From SAR202 cluster bacterium (GTDB lineage: Bacteria > Chloroflexota > Dehalococcoidia > Lucifugimonadales > UBA6927): DNA of 64,000 nt. The position numbers and the translations under genes are program-made. A model generated the notes under the pieces. The model searched no databases, was not told the origin of the DNA, and was given only the letters and a program-made list of their open reading frames with translations. Shown here piece by piece: positions 10,267 to 20,063 of this stretch (positions are counted from its first letter, which is position 1; every line of letters starts with the position of its first letter). Where the stretch lies: NCBI GenBank assembly GCA_022447855.1, contig JAKUTX010000004.1:20815-84814 (forward strand). Reading direction: 5' to 3'.

Positions 10267-10937
10267 TATCGATCCGCCCACCTATCTTCAAGATCTTCCA
10301 TTGAGGGTTGTTCATGTCTTCCAACATTTTTCCATTCAACTGCATCAGACTCAAATGGATTATGAGTCTTAGTTTCAAGTTGTGGTCTAAACCAATTGCT
10401 AGGATGTTTCTCTGAGTCAACAAGTTTTTGTTTATTAATTACCAGTTCTTCTCTAGAATATTTGCCTTCCTCAAAACCACTGCCCATATGTAAAGCATCA
10501 TAAGGGCAAGCCTCAACGCAAAGACCACAAAACATGCATCTTCCAATATCAATATCGAATTTTTCCAAGAAATATTTTTGCCCTTCGGGGATAAATTTCC
10601 CACTAGGTTTAGTTACAATTTCAATAATGCCCAATGGACAATATTTCGCACAAGATGCACATCCGGTACATCTTTCTTCATACCAATTAAATTCTTCTCC
10701 ACGAAATCTAGGATGCTGCTTCTGCCTGTCAGTAATAGATATCAATCCAAATACAGATTTCATTGAATTTACAGGATGTGAAAATAAGTATTTAACTACA
10801 TTTGAATTATCGATTCTAGCCAAATCTAGGGGACTTGCTTTTCGGTCTGGATACTGATGCACGGTAAACATACGGGAAGGAATCAATAGATTCTTCAATG
10901 TAATCCATAAACCTTTAATTAATCCAAAGCCGTACAT
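10266..10937 (-). CDS. nuoI: NADH-quinone oxidoreductase subunit I (2x[4Fe-4S])
   Basis: Two ferredoxin motifs, CTGCASCAKYCP and CMFCGLCVEACP. TAATG overlap with the nuoH stop. Longer than usual at 223 aa. Confidence 0.9.
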   Translation of the reverse strand: MYGFGLIKGLWITLKNLLIPSRMFTVHQYPDRKASPLDLARIDNSNVVKYLFSHPVNSMKSVFGLISITDRQKQHPRFRGEEFNWYEERCTGCASCAKYCPLGIIEIVTKPSGKFIPEGQKYFLEKFDIDIGRCMFCGLCVEACPYDALHMGSGFEEGKYSREELVINKQKLVDSEKHPSNWFRPQLETKTHNPFESDAVEWKNVGRHEQPSMEDLEDRWADR

Positions 10938-12145
10938 TATTCTCTCTCCGCGTACATATTAGCTAGGGGAGACGGTTGTGGTTCAGGCCTCTTTAACTTC
11001 GATTGACCTAAAAGATTAGCCATCAAGACAACTGAAACTATAGTCACTATCCAATTAATTGCACCCATCAATAGTAATGAATCTAAAGAAATCAAACCTT
11101 GATTATCTTGAAACACTTCTATTTCTACAACTAATAATACTATATTTAAAAATGACAGCGCTAACAGTGCTTTCCAAGAAAACCCCATGATTTGATCAAA
11201 TCTAACTCTTGGCCAAGTTGCACGAATCCATAGCAAAATAAAAACAACTGTAAATACTTTTATCAAAAACCAAAATTCCCCAGGAAGCCATGACCAACCA
11301 CGAAAGCCTCCTAAGAAAAGAGTTGTTACAACTATACCGGTGATCAAAGGAGCCATAAATTCTGCTAATTGAAAAATCCCAAATTTCATACCGCTATATT
11401 CAGTATGGTATCCGGCACCAAGTTCGGATTCAGCCTCTATTTGATCAAATGGCGCTCTACTCATCTCTGCTATAGAAGCAATCAAGAAAATCAGAAATCC
11501 AAGAGGTTGAATCAACAAAAAGGGTATCCTCTGTGCTTCAACTATCCCAGACAAGGACATTGTTCCGCTCATGAGAATAACACCAACTATTGCCAATCCC
11601 ATAGGGATTTCATAGCTTATGAGCATTGCAACACCACGCATGGCACCTAACATGGAATATTTGTTGCCATCTGCCCAGCCTGCCATAATTATTGCAACCA
11701 CATTTACTGAAGTAATAGCCACAATATACAAAACTCCAACATTTAATGTCCCCAAAAATGAATTATGCCCTAAAGGAATTACCGCAATAACAGATAATGT
11801 AGCTGCTAAAAAGATTATAGGTGCCAAATTATGAACAATTTTATCGGCAATATCTGTAGTCGTGTCCTCTTTAGTGATAATTTTAATCAGATCGGCTATT
11901 GGTTGAAATATACCAAAAGGTCCCCATCTATTTGGACCTAAACGAGCTTGGAATCTTGCAAGCACTCGTCTTTCAAACAGAATATACAAAGCTGTCGCCA
12001 TTACTACAACATTGATAGCTGCAAACGCCAAAGAAAATGCGGCCAGTAAAAACACCATCCAGTCCATGCTTTCAGGTAAAAACGAATCAAAAATTGAATA
12101 TATATTGCAAAAATGAATCAATCCACCAGAAAATTCATTGCACAT
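10937..12145 (-). CDS. nuoH: NADH-quinone oxidoreductase subunit H
   Basis: QPIADLIKI and PFDQIEAESELGAGYHTEYSGMKF signatures. The ATG at 12145 overlaps the nuoD stop (TAATG). An internal Met at 12067 is an alternative start. Confidence 0.9.
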   Translation of the reverse strand: MCNEFSGGLIHFCNIYSIFDSFLPESMDWMVFLLAAFSLAFAAINVVVMATALYILFERRVLARFQARLGPNRWGPFGIFQPIADLIKIITKEDTTTDIADKIVHNLAPIIFLAATLSVIAVIPLGHNSFLGTLNVGVLYIVAITSVNVVAIIMAGWADGNKYSMLGAMRGVAMLISYEIPMGLAIVGVILMSGTMSLSGIVEAQRIPFLLIQPLGFLIFLIASIAEMSRAPFDQIEAESELGAGYHTEYSGMKFGIFQLAEFMAPLITGIVVTTLFLGGFRGWSWLPGEFWFLIKVFTVVFILLWIRATWPRVRFDQIMGFSWKALLALSFLNIVLLVVEIEVFQDNQGLISLDSLLLMGAINWIVTIVSVVLMANLLGQSKLKRPEPQPSPLANMYAERE

Positions 12146-13248
12146 TATCGATCAACCTCTCCTAGGACTATATCAATCGAGCCAAAAATTGTTATCAAGT
12201 CGCCCATCTTCCAACCAACCAACATTTCTTTAAGTAAAGTTAAATTAATAAACGAAGGAGCTCGAACCTTGCATCTATATGGAGCAATCCCTCCATCACT
12301 AACAATATAAAACCCTAACTCTCCTTTCGGACCTTCTACAGCAGCATATGCATCACCGGAAGGAGGTCGAACAAAATATGGTGTTTCAGTCCTTACTGGT
12401 CCCTTTGGAATATCATGAAGACATTGTTCAATAATTCTAATACTTTCTCTCATTTCCTGAACTCTTACAAAATACCTATCGAAAGTATCTCCCTTAGAGC
12501 CAATAGGAACATTAAATTCAAGCCTGTCATAGATTTCATAAGGATCTGCCTTTCGCAAATCCCATTCAACCCCTGTAGCCCTCAACATTGGTCCAGACAG
12601 TGATGCATTAATAGCATCTGCTGGTGAAATAATCCCTACGTCATTAGTTCTAGCTAACACAACTTCATTACCAGTAATAAGAGTTTCAAGTTCATCTAAA
12701 TAATTAGGAAAATTACCTATAAAGTCATTTAATGATGGCCAAAAATCTTCTGGAGCATCTTGAAAAACCCCTCCAGGTCTCATGAAACTAAGTGTAATCC
12801 TAGCCCCACATAGCATTTCAAATAAATCTAAAATCCTCTCTCTTTCACGAAAACAATACATAAGAGGTGTAGCAAATGCCCCTAAATCATTAAGAAGAAA
12901 ACCGGTCGCCATTAAATGACTGGATATTCTAGAAAGTTCTGCACTAATCACCCGAATATATTGAGCTCTTTCAGGCACCTCAATCCCTGCTAATTTTTCA
13001 ACAGTCAAAACGTAAGCTTGATTATTAGTCATAGACGAGGTGTAATCCATACGATCTGTCAATGTTACAACCTGTACAAAAGTCCTTGATTCTGCAAGTT
13101 TTTCAGAACCCCTATGTAAATATCCCAGAACAGGCTCAGCGTCTACAACAATCTCACCATCAAAAGTTACCCTCAATCGAAAAACACCATGAGTACTGGG
13201 ATGCTGAGGTCCAAGGTTAATCGTTATAGGTTCGGTACGTAATGTCAT
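12145..13248 (-). CDS. nuoD: NADH-quinone oxidoreductase subunit D
   Basis: N-terminal LGPQHPSTHGVFRL and C-terminal IDIVLGEVDR signatures. ATGA overlap with nuoC. Confidence 0.95.
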   Translation of the reverse strand: MTLRTEPITINLGPQHPSTHGVFRLRVTFDGEIVVDAEPVLGYLHRGSEKLAESRTFVQVVTLTDRMDYTSSMTNNQAYVLTVEKLAGIEVPERAQYIRVISAELSRISSHLMATGFLLNDLGAFATPLMYCFRERERILDLFEMLCGARITLSFMRPGGVFQDAPEDFWPSLNDFIGNFPNYLDELETLITGNEVVLARTNDVGIISPADAINASLSGPMLRATGVEWDLRKADPYEIYDRLEFNVPIGSKGDTFDRYFVRVQEMRESIRIIEQCLHDIPKGPVRTETPYFVRPPSGDAYAAVEGPKGELGFYIVSDGGIAPYRCKVRAPSFINLTLLKEMLVGWKMGDLITIFGSIDIVLGEVDR

Positions 13249-13706
13249 ATTTTTTGCTCTTCCTGCCCTAAGAAATCCTTTCTCAAGGGATGTCCATCAA
13301 AACCTTCCCAAAGTAAAATCCTTTTCATATTTGGATGTTCATCAAACTTGATACCAAACAAATCCCAAATTTCTCTCTCCTGCAAATCAGCACCTTTCCA
13401 CACGCCTATAACACTTTGAATTGAAGGATCTTCTCTGTCAAAAATATTCGTTTTCAATATCAAACTACGATTAAATTTCATAGATAACAAATGATATACG
13501 ATCTGAAAATACTCTATGTAGTCTACTGCAGTAATAGAAGTCAAGAATCCAAATTGTAGATCCATATGCTCTTTCAAAAAAGTCGTAATGCCCAATATAG
13601 ATTCAGTATGAACCAATAATTCATTTTCATTATGTCTAAGAATTGATCCAGGGATTTCCTTTTCTAACAACTCAACTACGTAGTTAGTATCAACAACACT
13701 AGTCAT
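13245..13706 (-). CDS. nuoC: NADH-quinone oxidoreductase subunit C
   Basis: EREIWDLFGIKFDEHPNMKRILL motif. Start placed at the ATG at 13706, 1 nt after the nuoB TAG. The ORF track's 13754 start would overlap nuoB by 47 nt. Confidence 0.85.
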   Translation of the reverse strand: MTSVVDTNYVVELLEKEIPGSILRHNENELLVHTESILGITTFLKEHMDLQFGFLTSITAVDYIEYFQIVYHLLSMKFNRSLILKTNIFDREDPSIQSVIGVWKGADLQEREIWDLFGIKFDEHPNMKRILLWEGFDGHPLRKDFLGQEEQKI

Positions 13707-13707
13707 A

Positions 13708-14319
13708 CTATTTACTTTTCCTGTTAAGTATTGAATTCTTCCTAATCTTTTCATGTAGCTGCATTACTCCGTAGACTAAAGCATCAGGTCTCGGAGGACA
13801 TCCTGGAACGTATACATCTACTGGGATTATATGATTAACACCGGGGACAACACTGTAAGAACCGTAATAGGGACCACCACTTGTCGCACAAACACCCATG
13901 GAAATCACCCATTTAGGTTCAGCCATTTGTTCATAAACTCTCTGAATTGCTGGAGCCATTTTCCAAGTGACAGTACCAGCGATAATTATTAAATCAGCCT
14001 GACGTGGGGTCGGACGAAATACTTCCATTCCAAAACGAGCTAAGTCAAATCTAGACATAGCAGAAGCCATCATTTCAAAAGCACAGCATGCCAATCCAAA
14101 TGACAAAGGCCAAACAGAAGATTTCCTACCCCAATTCAACAATGCATCCACAGAAGTTACTGCTAAATTTTTCTTCAAGTCTTCAGGAACTTCAATCGGT
14201 GGCTCTGATATTGGAGAAGTATGCGTTTCTTTAATTTCATTAATTGCATGCCCCTCAGTACGATCCAATTCCCAAGTAGCCTCGCAAAGTGGTATTAAAC
14301 TTTGATTCAAATCAGTCAT
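13708..14319 (-). CDS. nuoB: NADH-quinone oxidoreductase subunit B
   Basis: N2-cluster motifs [16 protein letters not shown] and VPGCPPRP. Start placed at the ATG at 14319 (MTDLNQ), overlapping the nuoA end by 8 nt. Confidence 0.9.
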   Translation of the reverse strand: MTDLNQSLIPLCEATWELDRTEGHAINEIKETHTSPISEPPIEVPEDLKKNLAVTSVDALLNWGRKSSVWPLSFGLACCAFEMMASAMSRFDLARFGMEVFRPTPRQADLIIIAGTVTWKMAPAIQRVYEQMAEPKWVISMGVCATSGGPYYGSYSVVPGVNHIIPVDVYVPGCPPRPDALVYGVMQLHEKIRKNSILNRKSK

Positions 14320-14722
14320 TTTTTCCCCAATCAAAAGAGCCTTTACGCCAAGCATAACCCCAGCCTAAAACTAAAATGCCAATGAATAGTAGCATAGAAA
14401 ATAAAAATGATAATCCAAGTTGTATGGACCAAAAACCATAACTTGCTGCCCAAGGGAACAAAAAGACAACTTCTATATCAAAAATCACAAAATCGATAGC
14501 TAGTGCATAGTAGCGAAAATTAAATTGATTCCATTTTCCTGTGATAGCTTCAAATCCACATTCATATATACTTGACTTAATTTTACTTGGAATTTGAGGC
14601 CTAATTCCAACTTTGGATAAAGCAAAAGAAGCTACTATCATTCCAGTCGGGATTGCAACAGCAACAGTTAAAAAAGCAAGAATAATCGCATACTGCCTAT
14701 AATAGTCATCCATGTATTCCAT
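14312..14722 (-). CDS. nuoA: NADH-quinone oxidoreductase subunit A
   Basis: YECGFE motif, three hydrophobic segments, first gene of the operon. Confidence 0.9.
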   Translation of the reverse strand: MEYMDDYYRQYAIILAFLTVAVAIPTGMIVASFALSKVGIRPQIPSKIKSSIYECGFEAITGKWNQFNFRYYALAIDFVIFDIEVVFLFPWAASYGFWSIQLGLSFLFSMLLFIGILVLGWGYAWRKGSFDWGKND

Positions 14723-14773
14723 ATTGAGTAAATCCTCGATTAAAAAATACGACCAGTTTTCTCACCGCCAGTC

Positions 14774-14782
14774 ATTATAGCA
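14774..14782 (-). promoter_or_regulatory. candidate extended -10 element (TGCTATAAT) for the nuo operon
   Basis: The minus strand reads TGCTATAAT about 50 nt upstream of the nuoA ATG. No good -35 hexamer. GAGGA SD lies before the ATG. Confidence 0.3.
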
Positions 14783-14940
14783 AAAGACTAGCAAATTTTC
14801 TTCACCAAAAACCCTAATTCTTAATAAAATTTAAGCAGTGTTTTAGTAAATTTTCTCTTGAGGAATATTTTTATCTACTCTGGGATATAATAATGCAACA
14901 AATATTCACTTAGAAGCACAATCTGTTGTTCTAGATCATT

Positions 14941-16002
14941 ATGCCTACAAACGAAGAAAGCGACCTATCGATTACAAAATTAGAAACGCCTAGAATTTTG
15001 TCGAAATATTTTCGTCATATCCACCAATTCGGCAAAATCCAAATTGACCAATCACATCCACCAGTTTACGAAATGCTGAGGTATTCAATGGGGTGGATTG
15101 ACGGAAACGGGAATCCATCTTTATCCCAAGGAAAAGCCCTTAGGCCTACATTATGTCTTTATACTTGCGAATCACTCGGAACTCCCTATGAAAAAGCATT
15201 GCCCGCTGCAGTTGCACTTGAATTGATTCACAACTTTTCATTAATTCATGATGATATACAAGACAAAGATCTAATACGACATCATAAGCCGACTTTATGG
15301 GCACGACTAGGAACATCCAAGGCTCTATTAGCCGGAAACATTATGAGAGTTATAGCCGATAAAACCGCAACCGGTTTAATATCAAATAATTTGCCTCCAA
15401 GTGTAATTTTTGAAGTATTAGAATTGTTAACTCAATCATCTCTAGAAATGATTGAAGGACAATTCTTAGATATTCAATTCGAATCACAATCAGAAATTTC
15501 AATTAACGATTATCTCAAAATGATTTCTTTAAAAACGGGTGCACTAATTCGAACTTCAATCAAAGTTGGTGCACTGGTTGGTACTCAAGACAGGAAAGTA
15601 ATATCGAATTTCAATGATTTTGCAATTAATTTAGGCGTTGCATTGCAAATACGCGATGAGTATTTAGGAATTTGGGGTAAGGCTCCACAAACAGGTAAAG
15701 CCGTGGGAGCAGACATTTTAAGAAAAAAGAACACCTTGCCAATTATACATCTTAAAAGTAAGTCATCCGGGGTAAATTCAAAACAGGTTCAAAAAGTTTT
15801 CTCAAAGGATAAGATAAATAGCCATGATGTATCAGATATTCTAGAAATTATGGGTGAAATACATACCAAAGATTATACTTCTCAACGCACTAACCACTAT
15901 TGTAATCTAGCATTCGAGTATTTAAAAAAGCTAGACTTAGACAATGAATATGAGAAAGACTTTTTAGAACTATTAGAATTCTTTCGCTCCAGAGAATTCT
16001 GA
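14941..16002 (+). CDS. polyprenyl diphosphate synthase family protein (GGPP/FPP synthase-like)
   Basis: First Asp-rich motif LIHDDIQD. The second motif region reads LQIRDEYLGIWG, the actinobacterial-type FQLRDDLLG pattern with DD changed to DE. Confidence 0.85.
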   Translation: MPTNEESDLSITKLETPRILSKYFRHIHQFGKIQIDQSHPPVYEMLRYSMGWIDGNGNPSLSQGKALRPTLCLYTCESLGTPYEKALPAAVALELIHNFSLIHDDIQDKDLIRHHKPTLWARLGTSKALLAGNIMRVIADKTATGLISNNLPPSVIFEVLELLTQSSLEMIEGQFLDIQFESQSEISINDYLKMISLKTGALIRTSIKVGALVGTQDRKVISNFNDFAINLGVALQIRDEYLGIWGKAPQTGKAVGADILRKKNTLPIIHLKSKSSGVNSKQVQKVFSKDKINSHDVSDILEIMGEIHTKDYTSQRTNHYCNLAFEYLKKLDLDNEYEKDFLELLEFFRSREF

Positions 16003-16134
16003 GCAAAACAAGTATTTAATACGCACCACAACCTAAGCAATTCTAACATATATATTAATTAAAATTGCTTAGTAAATGAATTTGTGATAGTGTCGATTTT
16101 AGTTAAAATCATCAAATTATCTCCGAGGAGATCT

Positions 16135-16617
16135 ATGTCAACCCCATCACTAACTCACACTGGTATCAAGACTTCTACACAAATCCTAAAAGTAAATCCT
16201 AGCGAAGCTCCTGAATTCATAGACATTACCGAAGAAGTATCTGATTGTATTACCCAATCAGATGTCAATTTTGGGTTTGTCCTCGTATTTTCCAGACATA
16301 CAACTGCTGGAATCACAATTCAAGAGAATGAGCCACTTTTATTACAAGACATGAAGCAATTATTAGAAAATTTTGCTCCTAAAGACCTAGATTATCGACA
16401 TAATGACTTTTCAGTAAGAACGGTGAATATGCACGATGATGAGTGTCCAAATGGCCATTCGCATTGTCAACAATTAATGATAGGTTCCAGTGAAACTATA
16501 CCTGTCGTTGATGCAAAACTTTCTCTTGGACAATGGCAAAGAATATTTGTGGTTGAGCTAGATGGTGATAGAAGGGTAAGTAATCGTGAAATCACAATAC
16601 AGATCCTTGGTGTCTAG
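16135..16617 (+). CDS. YjbQ/UPF0047 family protein (secondary thiamine-phosphate synthase-like)
   Basis: FSRHTTAGITIQENEPLLLQDM, NGHSHCQQLMIGSSETIPV and LGQWQRIFVVELDG motifs. The ATG at 16135 is preceded by GAGGAG. The ORF track's GTG at 16084 is probably too far upstream. Confidence 0.85.
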   Translation: MSTPSLTHTGIKTSTQILKVNPSEAPEFIDITEEVSDCITQSDVNFGFVLVFSRHTTAGITIQENEPLLLQDMKQLLENFAPKDLDYRHNDFSVRTVNMHDDECPNGHSHCQQLMIGSSETIPVVDAKLSLGQWQRIFVVELDGDRRVSNREITIQILGV

Positions 16618-16646
16618 AACTAATTAGCTCAACAGAAAATTGAAAA

Positions 16647-17552
16647 ATGTTGCCTAACTTAGAATCTGCCTACACCCATTGTGAACAAATTACTAGAAAT
16701 TCTGCAAAGAATTTCTTTTATGCATTTCAAGTACTTCCAAAAGAAAAACGTCGTGCCATATATGTGATTTATTCATTTTGCAGAACATGTGACGACATTG
16801 CGGACGGTGACCTACCTGTAGAATCAAAATTGGAACAACTAGAGCAAATATCAGAAATCTTTAAAAAAGCATCTATGCAAAAACCCGGAATCCATAATGA
16901 AGTTTTTCTCGCAGTTGAAGACGTCATTTCTAAATATGAAATTCCCAAGAAATATTTCATTGAATTCGTTGATGGCATGATAATGGATCAAAAAATTAAC
17001 AGATTCGATAACTTTTCAGAACTAGAACTTTACTGCTATAGAGTTGCAAGTGTAGTTGGGCTGATGTGTTTAGAAATATTCGGTTATTATGGTAATAAAA
17101 ATGAAGTTTTCGAATACGCCAAGAAACTTGGAATCGCAATGCAGCTTACCAACATCATTCGCGATATTAAAGATGATATTAAAAGAAACAGGATTTATAT
17201 ACCTCGGTCAGAAATGTCAGAATTTGGTTATGAAGAAAAACAACTACGAGAATTAACATACAGTGAAAATTTTTATGCACTAATTGCATTCCAAATTCAA
17301 CGTATCAGATCTTTTTTTGATGCTTCATCAGAATTAAATCAACATATTAACGAAGATTCCCAATCTTGTATTAACATTTTAAGAACGCTATACCTAAAAA
17401 TCCTAGATAAAATCGAGGAATCTGAGTACAACTTATATGGACCAGAAATTTCTCTTAGTAAAAAAGAGAAAATCACAACTATGCTCAGCCTATGGGCTAG
17501 TCACATAGCAATGAATTTTACCAATAAATTTAAATCAACTATCAGCAAATAG
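16647..17552 (+). CDS. phytoene/squalene synthase family protein
   Basis: YSFCRTCDDIADG and NIIRDIKDDIKRNRIYIP, the two Asp-rich motifs of trans-isoprenyl diphosphate synthases, head-to-head type. Confidence 0.85.
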   Translation: MLPNLESAYTHCEQITRNSAKNFFYAFQVLPKEKRRAIYVIYSFCRTCDDIADGDLPVESKLEQLEQISEIFKKASMQKPGIHNEVFLAVEDVISKYEIPKKYFIEFVDGMIMDQKINRFDNFSELELYCYRVASVVGLMCLEIFGYYGNKNEVFEYAKKLGIAMQLTNIIRDIKDDIKRNRIYIPRSEMSEFGYEEKQLRELTYSENFYALIAFQIQRIRSFFDASSELNQHINEDSQSCINILRTLYLKILDKIEESEYNLYGPEISLSKKEKITTMLSLWASHIAMNFTNKFKSTISK

Positions 17553-17574
17553 ACAATTTTGATTGGGAGATAAT

Positions 17575-18510
17575 ATGTCCAAAATAAAAGTAATAATTGA
17601 CACTGATCCAGGAAACGACGATCTCTTAGCGATAGTCATGGCCTTAAATAGCTCAAAACTAGATCTCCTAGGGTTAACCGTTGTCGGAGGAAATGCAACA
17701 ATAGAAGATACTACTAACAATGCTTTAAGCATTTTAACTTACATGAAAAGAACAGACATACCAGTATATATTGGGGACCCCAGTGCTTTGAACGAGAAAT
17801 TCACAACACAGGAAGAAGTTGATGAGTTTAATTCACATCGATCCAGAATACATGGAGTGAGAGGTCTTCATGTAGACTTGCCAAAACCTTCAATTTCTGC
17901 TGAAAAAGATCACGCAGTAGATTTCATTATCCAACAAGCTCAAGCGAATAAAAACGAATTAATATTAGTACCTATCGGTCCACTAACAAACATCGCACTT
18001 GCAATAAAAAAAGAACCCAATTTAAAAAACTGGATAAAATCAATTCACGTAATGGGCGGTGCAGTAACTGTTCCTGGAAATGTTACCCCCCATGCTGAGT
18101 TCAATATTTACTGTGACCCTGTAGCCGCAAATGAAGTATTTTCCTCAGGGATAGATATCAAATTGTGTGGATTAGATATAACTCAGCAAACTTCAATAGG
18201 AAAACAAGAAACCAACTGGTTGAAGGGTAATTCAATTGGTGAGATCCTAATAAAGGATTTAATGAAAAACCTATATATCAATGATCCCAGTAGAAATTCC
18301 TTCAGTTTACATGATCCAATCACCGTTCTATCACTAATTCATCCAGAAATTATAGACTGGAAAAAATCTGCTATTGAAGTAATCGCTGATCAGTTTGAAT
18401 TTGGTAGAACTATTGATACTGACGACCCAGATGGTTCAGTAAGTATTGCAATAAATATTCAACAAGAAGTAGCAAAAGATAAAATAGCACAAATGATTGG
18501 TGCTATTTAA
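17575..18510 (+). CDS. nucleoside hydrolase (IUNH family)
   Basis: N-terminal IIDTDPGNDDLLAIVMAL aspartate cluster. The ATG at 17575 is preceded by GGGAG. Confidence 0.9.
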   Translation: MSKIKVIIDTDPGNDDLLAIVMALNSSKLDLLGLTVVGGNATIEDTTNNALSILTYMKRTDIPVYIGDPSALNEKFTTQEEVDEFNSHRSRIHGVRGLHVDLPKPSISAEKDHAVDFIIQQAQANKNELILVPIGPLTNIALAIKKEPNLKNWIKSIHVMGGAVTVPGNVTPHAEFNIYCDPVAANEVFSSGIDIKLCGLDITQQTSIGKQETNWLKGNSIGEILIKDLMKNLYINDPSRNSFSLHDPITVLSLIHPEIIDWKKSAIEVIADQFEFGRTIDTDDPDGSVSIAINIQQEVAKDKIAQMIGAI

Positions 18511-18601
18511 TCATTACTTCAACCATAAATCATTAGCTACTCCAACTGATATGTAGTAGAATTAGTTTACCTAACAGGTCAACTTATATAAGGTAAAATT
18601 T

Positions 18602-20062
18602 ATGACGAACCAGAAGATAATTTCTCGGGAAACAGGTGTTGAAGAATCCGACTACAAGTGGGGTTTTGATATAGATATCGATACCGATAAAATCCCAAAG
18701 GGTATAAACCCCGATATAATTCGATTGATTTCTCAGAAGAAAAACGAACCTACCTGGATGACCGACTGGAGACTTAAGGCTTTCAACCATTGGACGAAGC
18801 AAGAAGACCAACATCCAAAATGGGCAAATGTTGAATTCCCAGAAATAGATTTTCAAGACATGGTTTATTATGCTGCCCCAAAATCTAAAAACGACGGACC
18901 CAAAAGTCTTGATGATGTTGACCCAGAAATCTTAGAAGCTTTTGACAAACTAGGAATCCCTTTAGAGGAACAAAAAAAACTGTCTGGAGTTGCTGTTGAT
19001 GCCGTTTTAGATAGTGCATCGGTAGCCACAACCTACAAGAAACTTCTTGAAGATGCTGGTGTAATTTTCTGTCCAATTAGTGAAGCAATAATAAATCATC
19101 CCGAAATCGTACAAAAGTACCTCGGTTCAGTTGTTCCTTATTCGGATAATTTCTATGCTTCCTTAAATTCAGCAGTTTTCAGTGATGGATCATTTGTTTA
19201 TGTCCCTCCCGGAGTGAGATGCCCTGTAGAACTTATGACTTACTTTCGTATCAACGAAGTAGACACTGGTCAGTTTGAGCGGACTTTGATTATCGCTGAC
19301 AAGGGAAGTTATGTAAGCTATTTAGAGGGATGTACTGCTCCTATAAGGAAAACAAATCAGCTACACGCTGCAGTTGTTGAACTTGTTGCTTTAGAAGACG
19401 CTGAAATTAAATATTCAACACTACAAAACTGGTACCCTGGTGACAAAAACGGGAATGGTGGAGTATATAACTTTGTTACAAAACGTGGTCTATGTAGCGG
19501 CCCTAACTCAAAAATTTCATGGACTCAAGTTGAAACTGGTTCTGCCATCACATGGAAGTACCCTAGCGTTATTCTAAAAGGTAAGGATTCTGTTGGAGAA
19601 TTTTTTTCCGTTGCACTTGTGAATAACTATCAACAAGCTGACACAGGAACAAAAATGATCCACATTGGAGAAAATACCCGTAGCACAATCGTTGCAAAAG
19701 GAATATCAGCAGGTAAAGCTCAGAACACTTATAGGGGAATGGTAAAAATAATGCCCACAGCTTCGAATTCCAGAAACTTCACACAATGTGATTCACTCTT
19801 AATTGGAGATGAATGTGGCGCCCACACAGTACCATATATTGAAGTCAGAAATCCTTCAGCTAGCATGGCACATGAAGCAACAACTAGTAAAGTTAATGAC
19901 GATCAATTGTTTTACGCTCAACAACGTGGAATTTCTCTAGACGATGCTAACTACATGATTATTAACGGTTTTTGCAGAGGGATTTTCAAGGAACTGCCTT
20001 TTGAATTTGCTGCAGAAGCATCTCAACTTTTAAGAGTGAACTTGGAGGGCACAGTAGGCTAA
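18602..20062 (+). CDS. sufB: Fe-S cluster assembly protein SufB
   Basis: 486 aa with long-range SufB similarity ([41 protein letters not shown]). Followed by sufC and sufD. Confidence 0.95.
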   Translation: MTNQKIISRETGVEESDYKWGFDIDIDTDKIPKGINPDIIRLISQKKNEPTWMTDWRLKAFNHWTKQEDQHPKWANVEFPEIDFQDMVYYAAPKSKNDGPKSLDDVDPEILEAFDKLGIPLEEQKKLSGVAVDAVLDSASVATTYKKLLEDAGVIFCPISEAIINHPEIVQKYLGSVVPYSDNFYASLNSAVFSDGSFVYVPPGVRCPVELMTYFRINEVDTGQFERTLIIADKGSYVSYLEGCTAPIRKTNQLHAAVVELVALEDAEIKYSTLQNWYPGDKNGNGGVYNFVTKRGLCSGPNSKISWTQVETGSAITWKYPSVILKGKDSVGEFFSVALVNNYQQADTGTKMIHIGENTRSTIVAKGISAGKAQNTYRGMVKIMPTASNSRNFTQCDSLLIGDECGAHTVPYIEVRNPSASMAHEATTSKVNDDQLFYAQQRGISLDDANYMIINGFCRGIFKELPFEFAAEASQLLRVNLEGTVG

Positions 20063-20063
20063 C

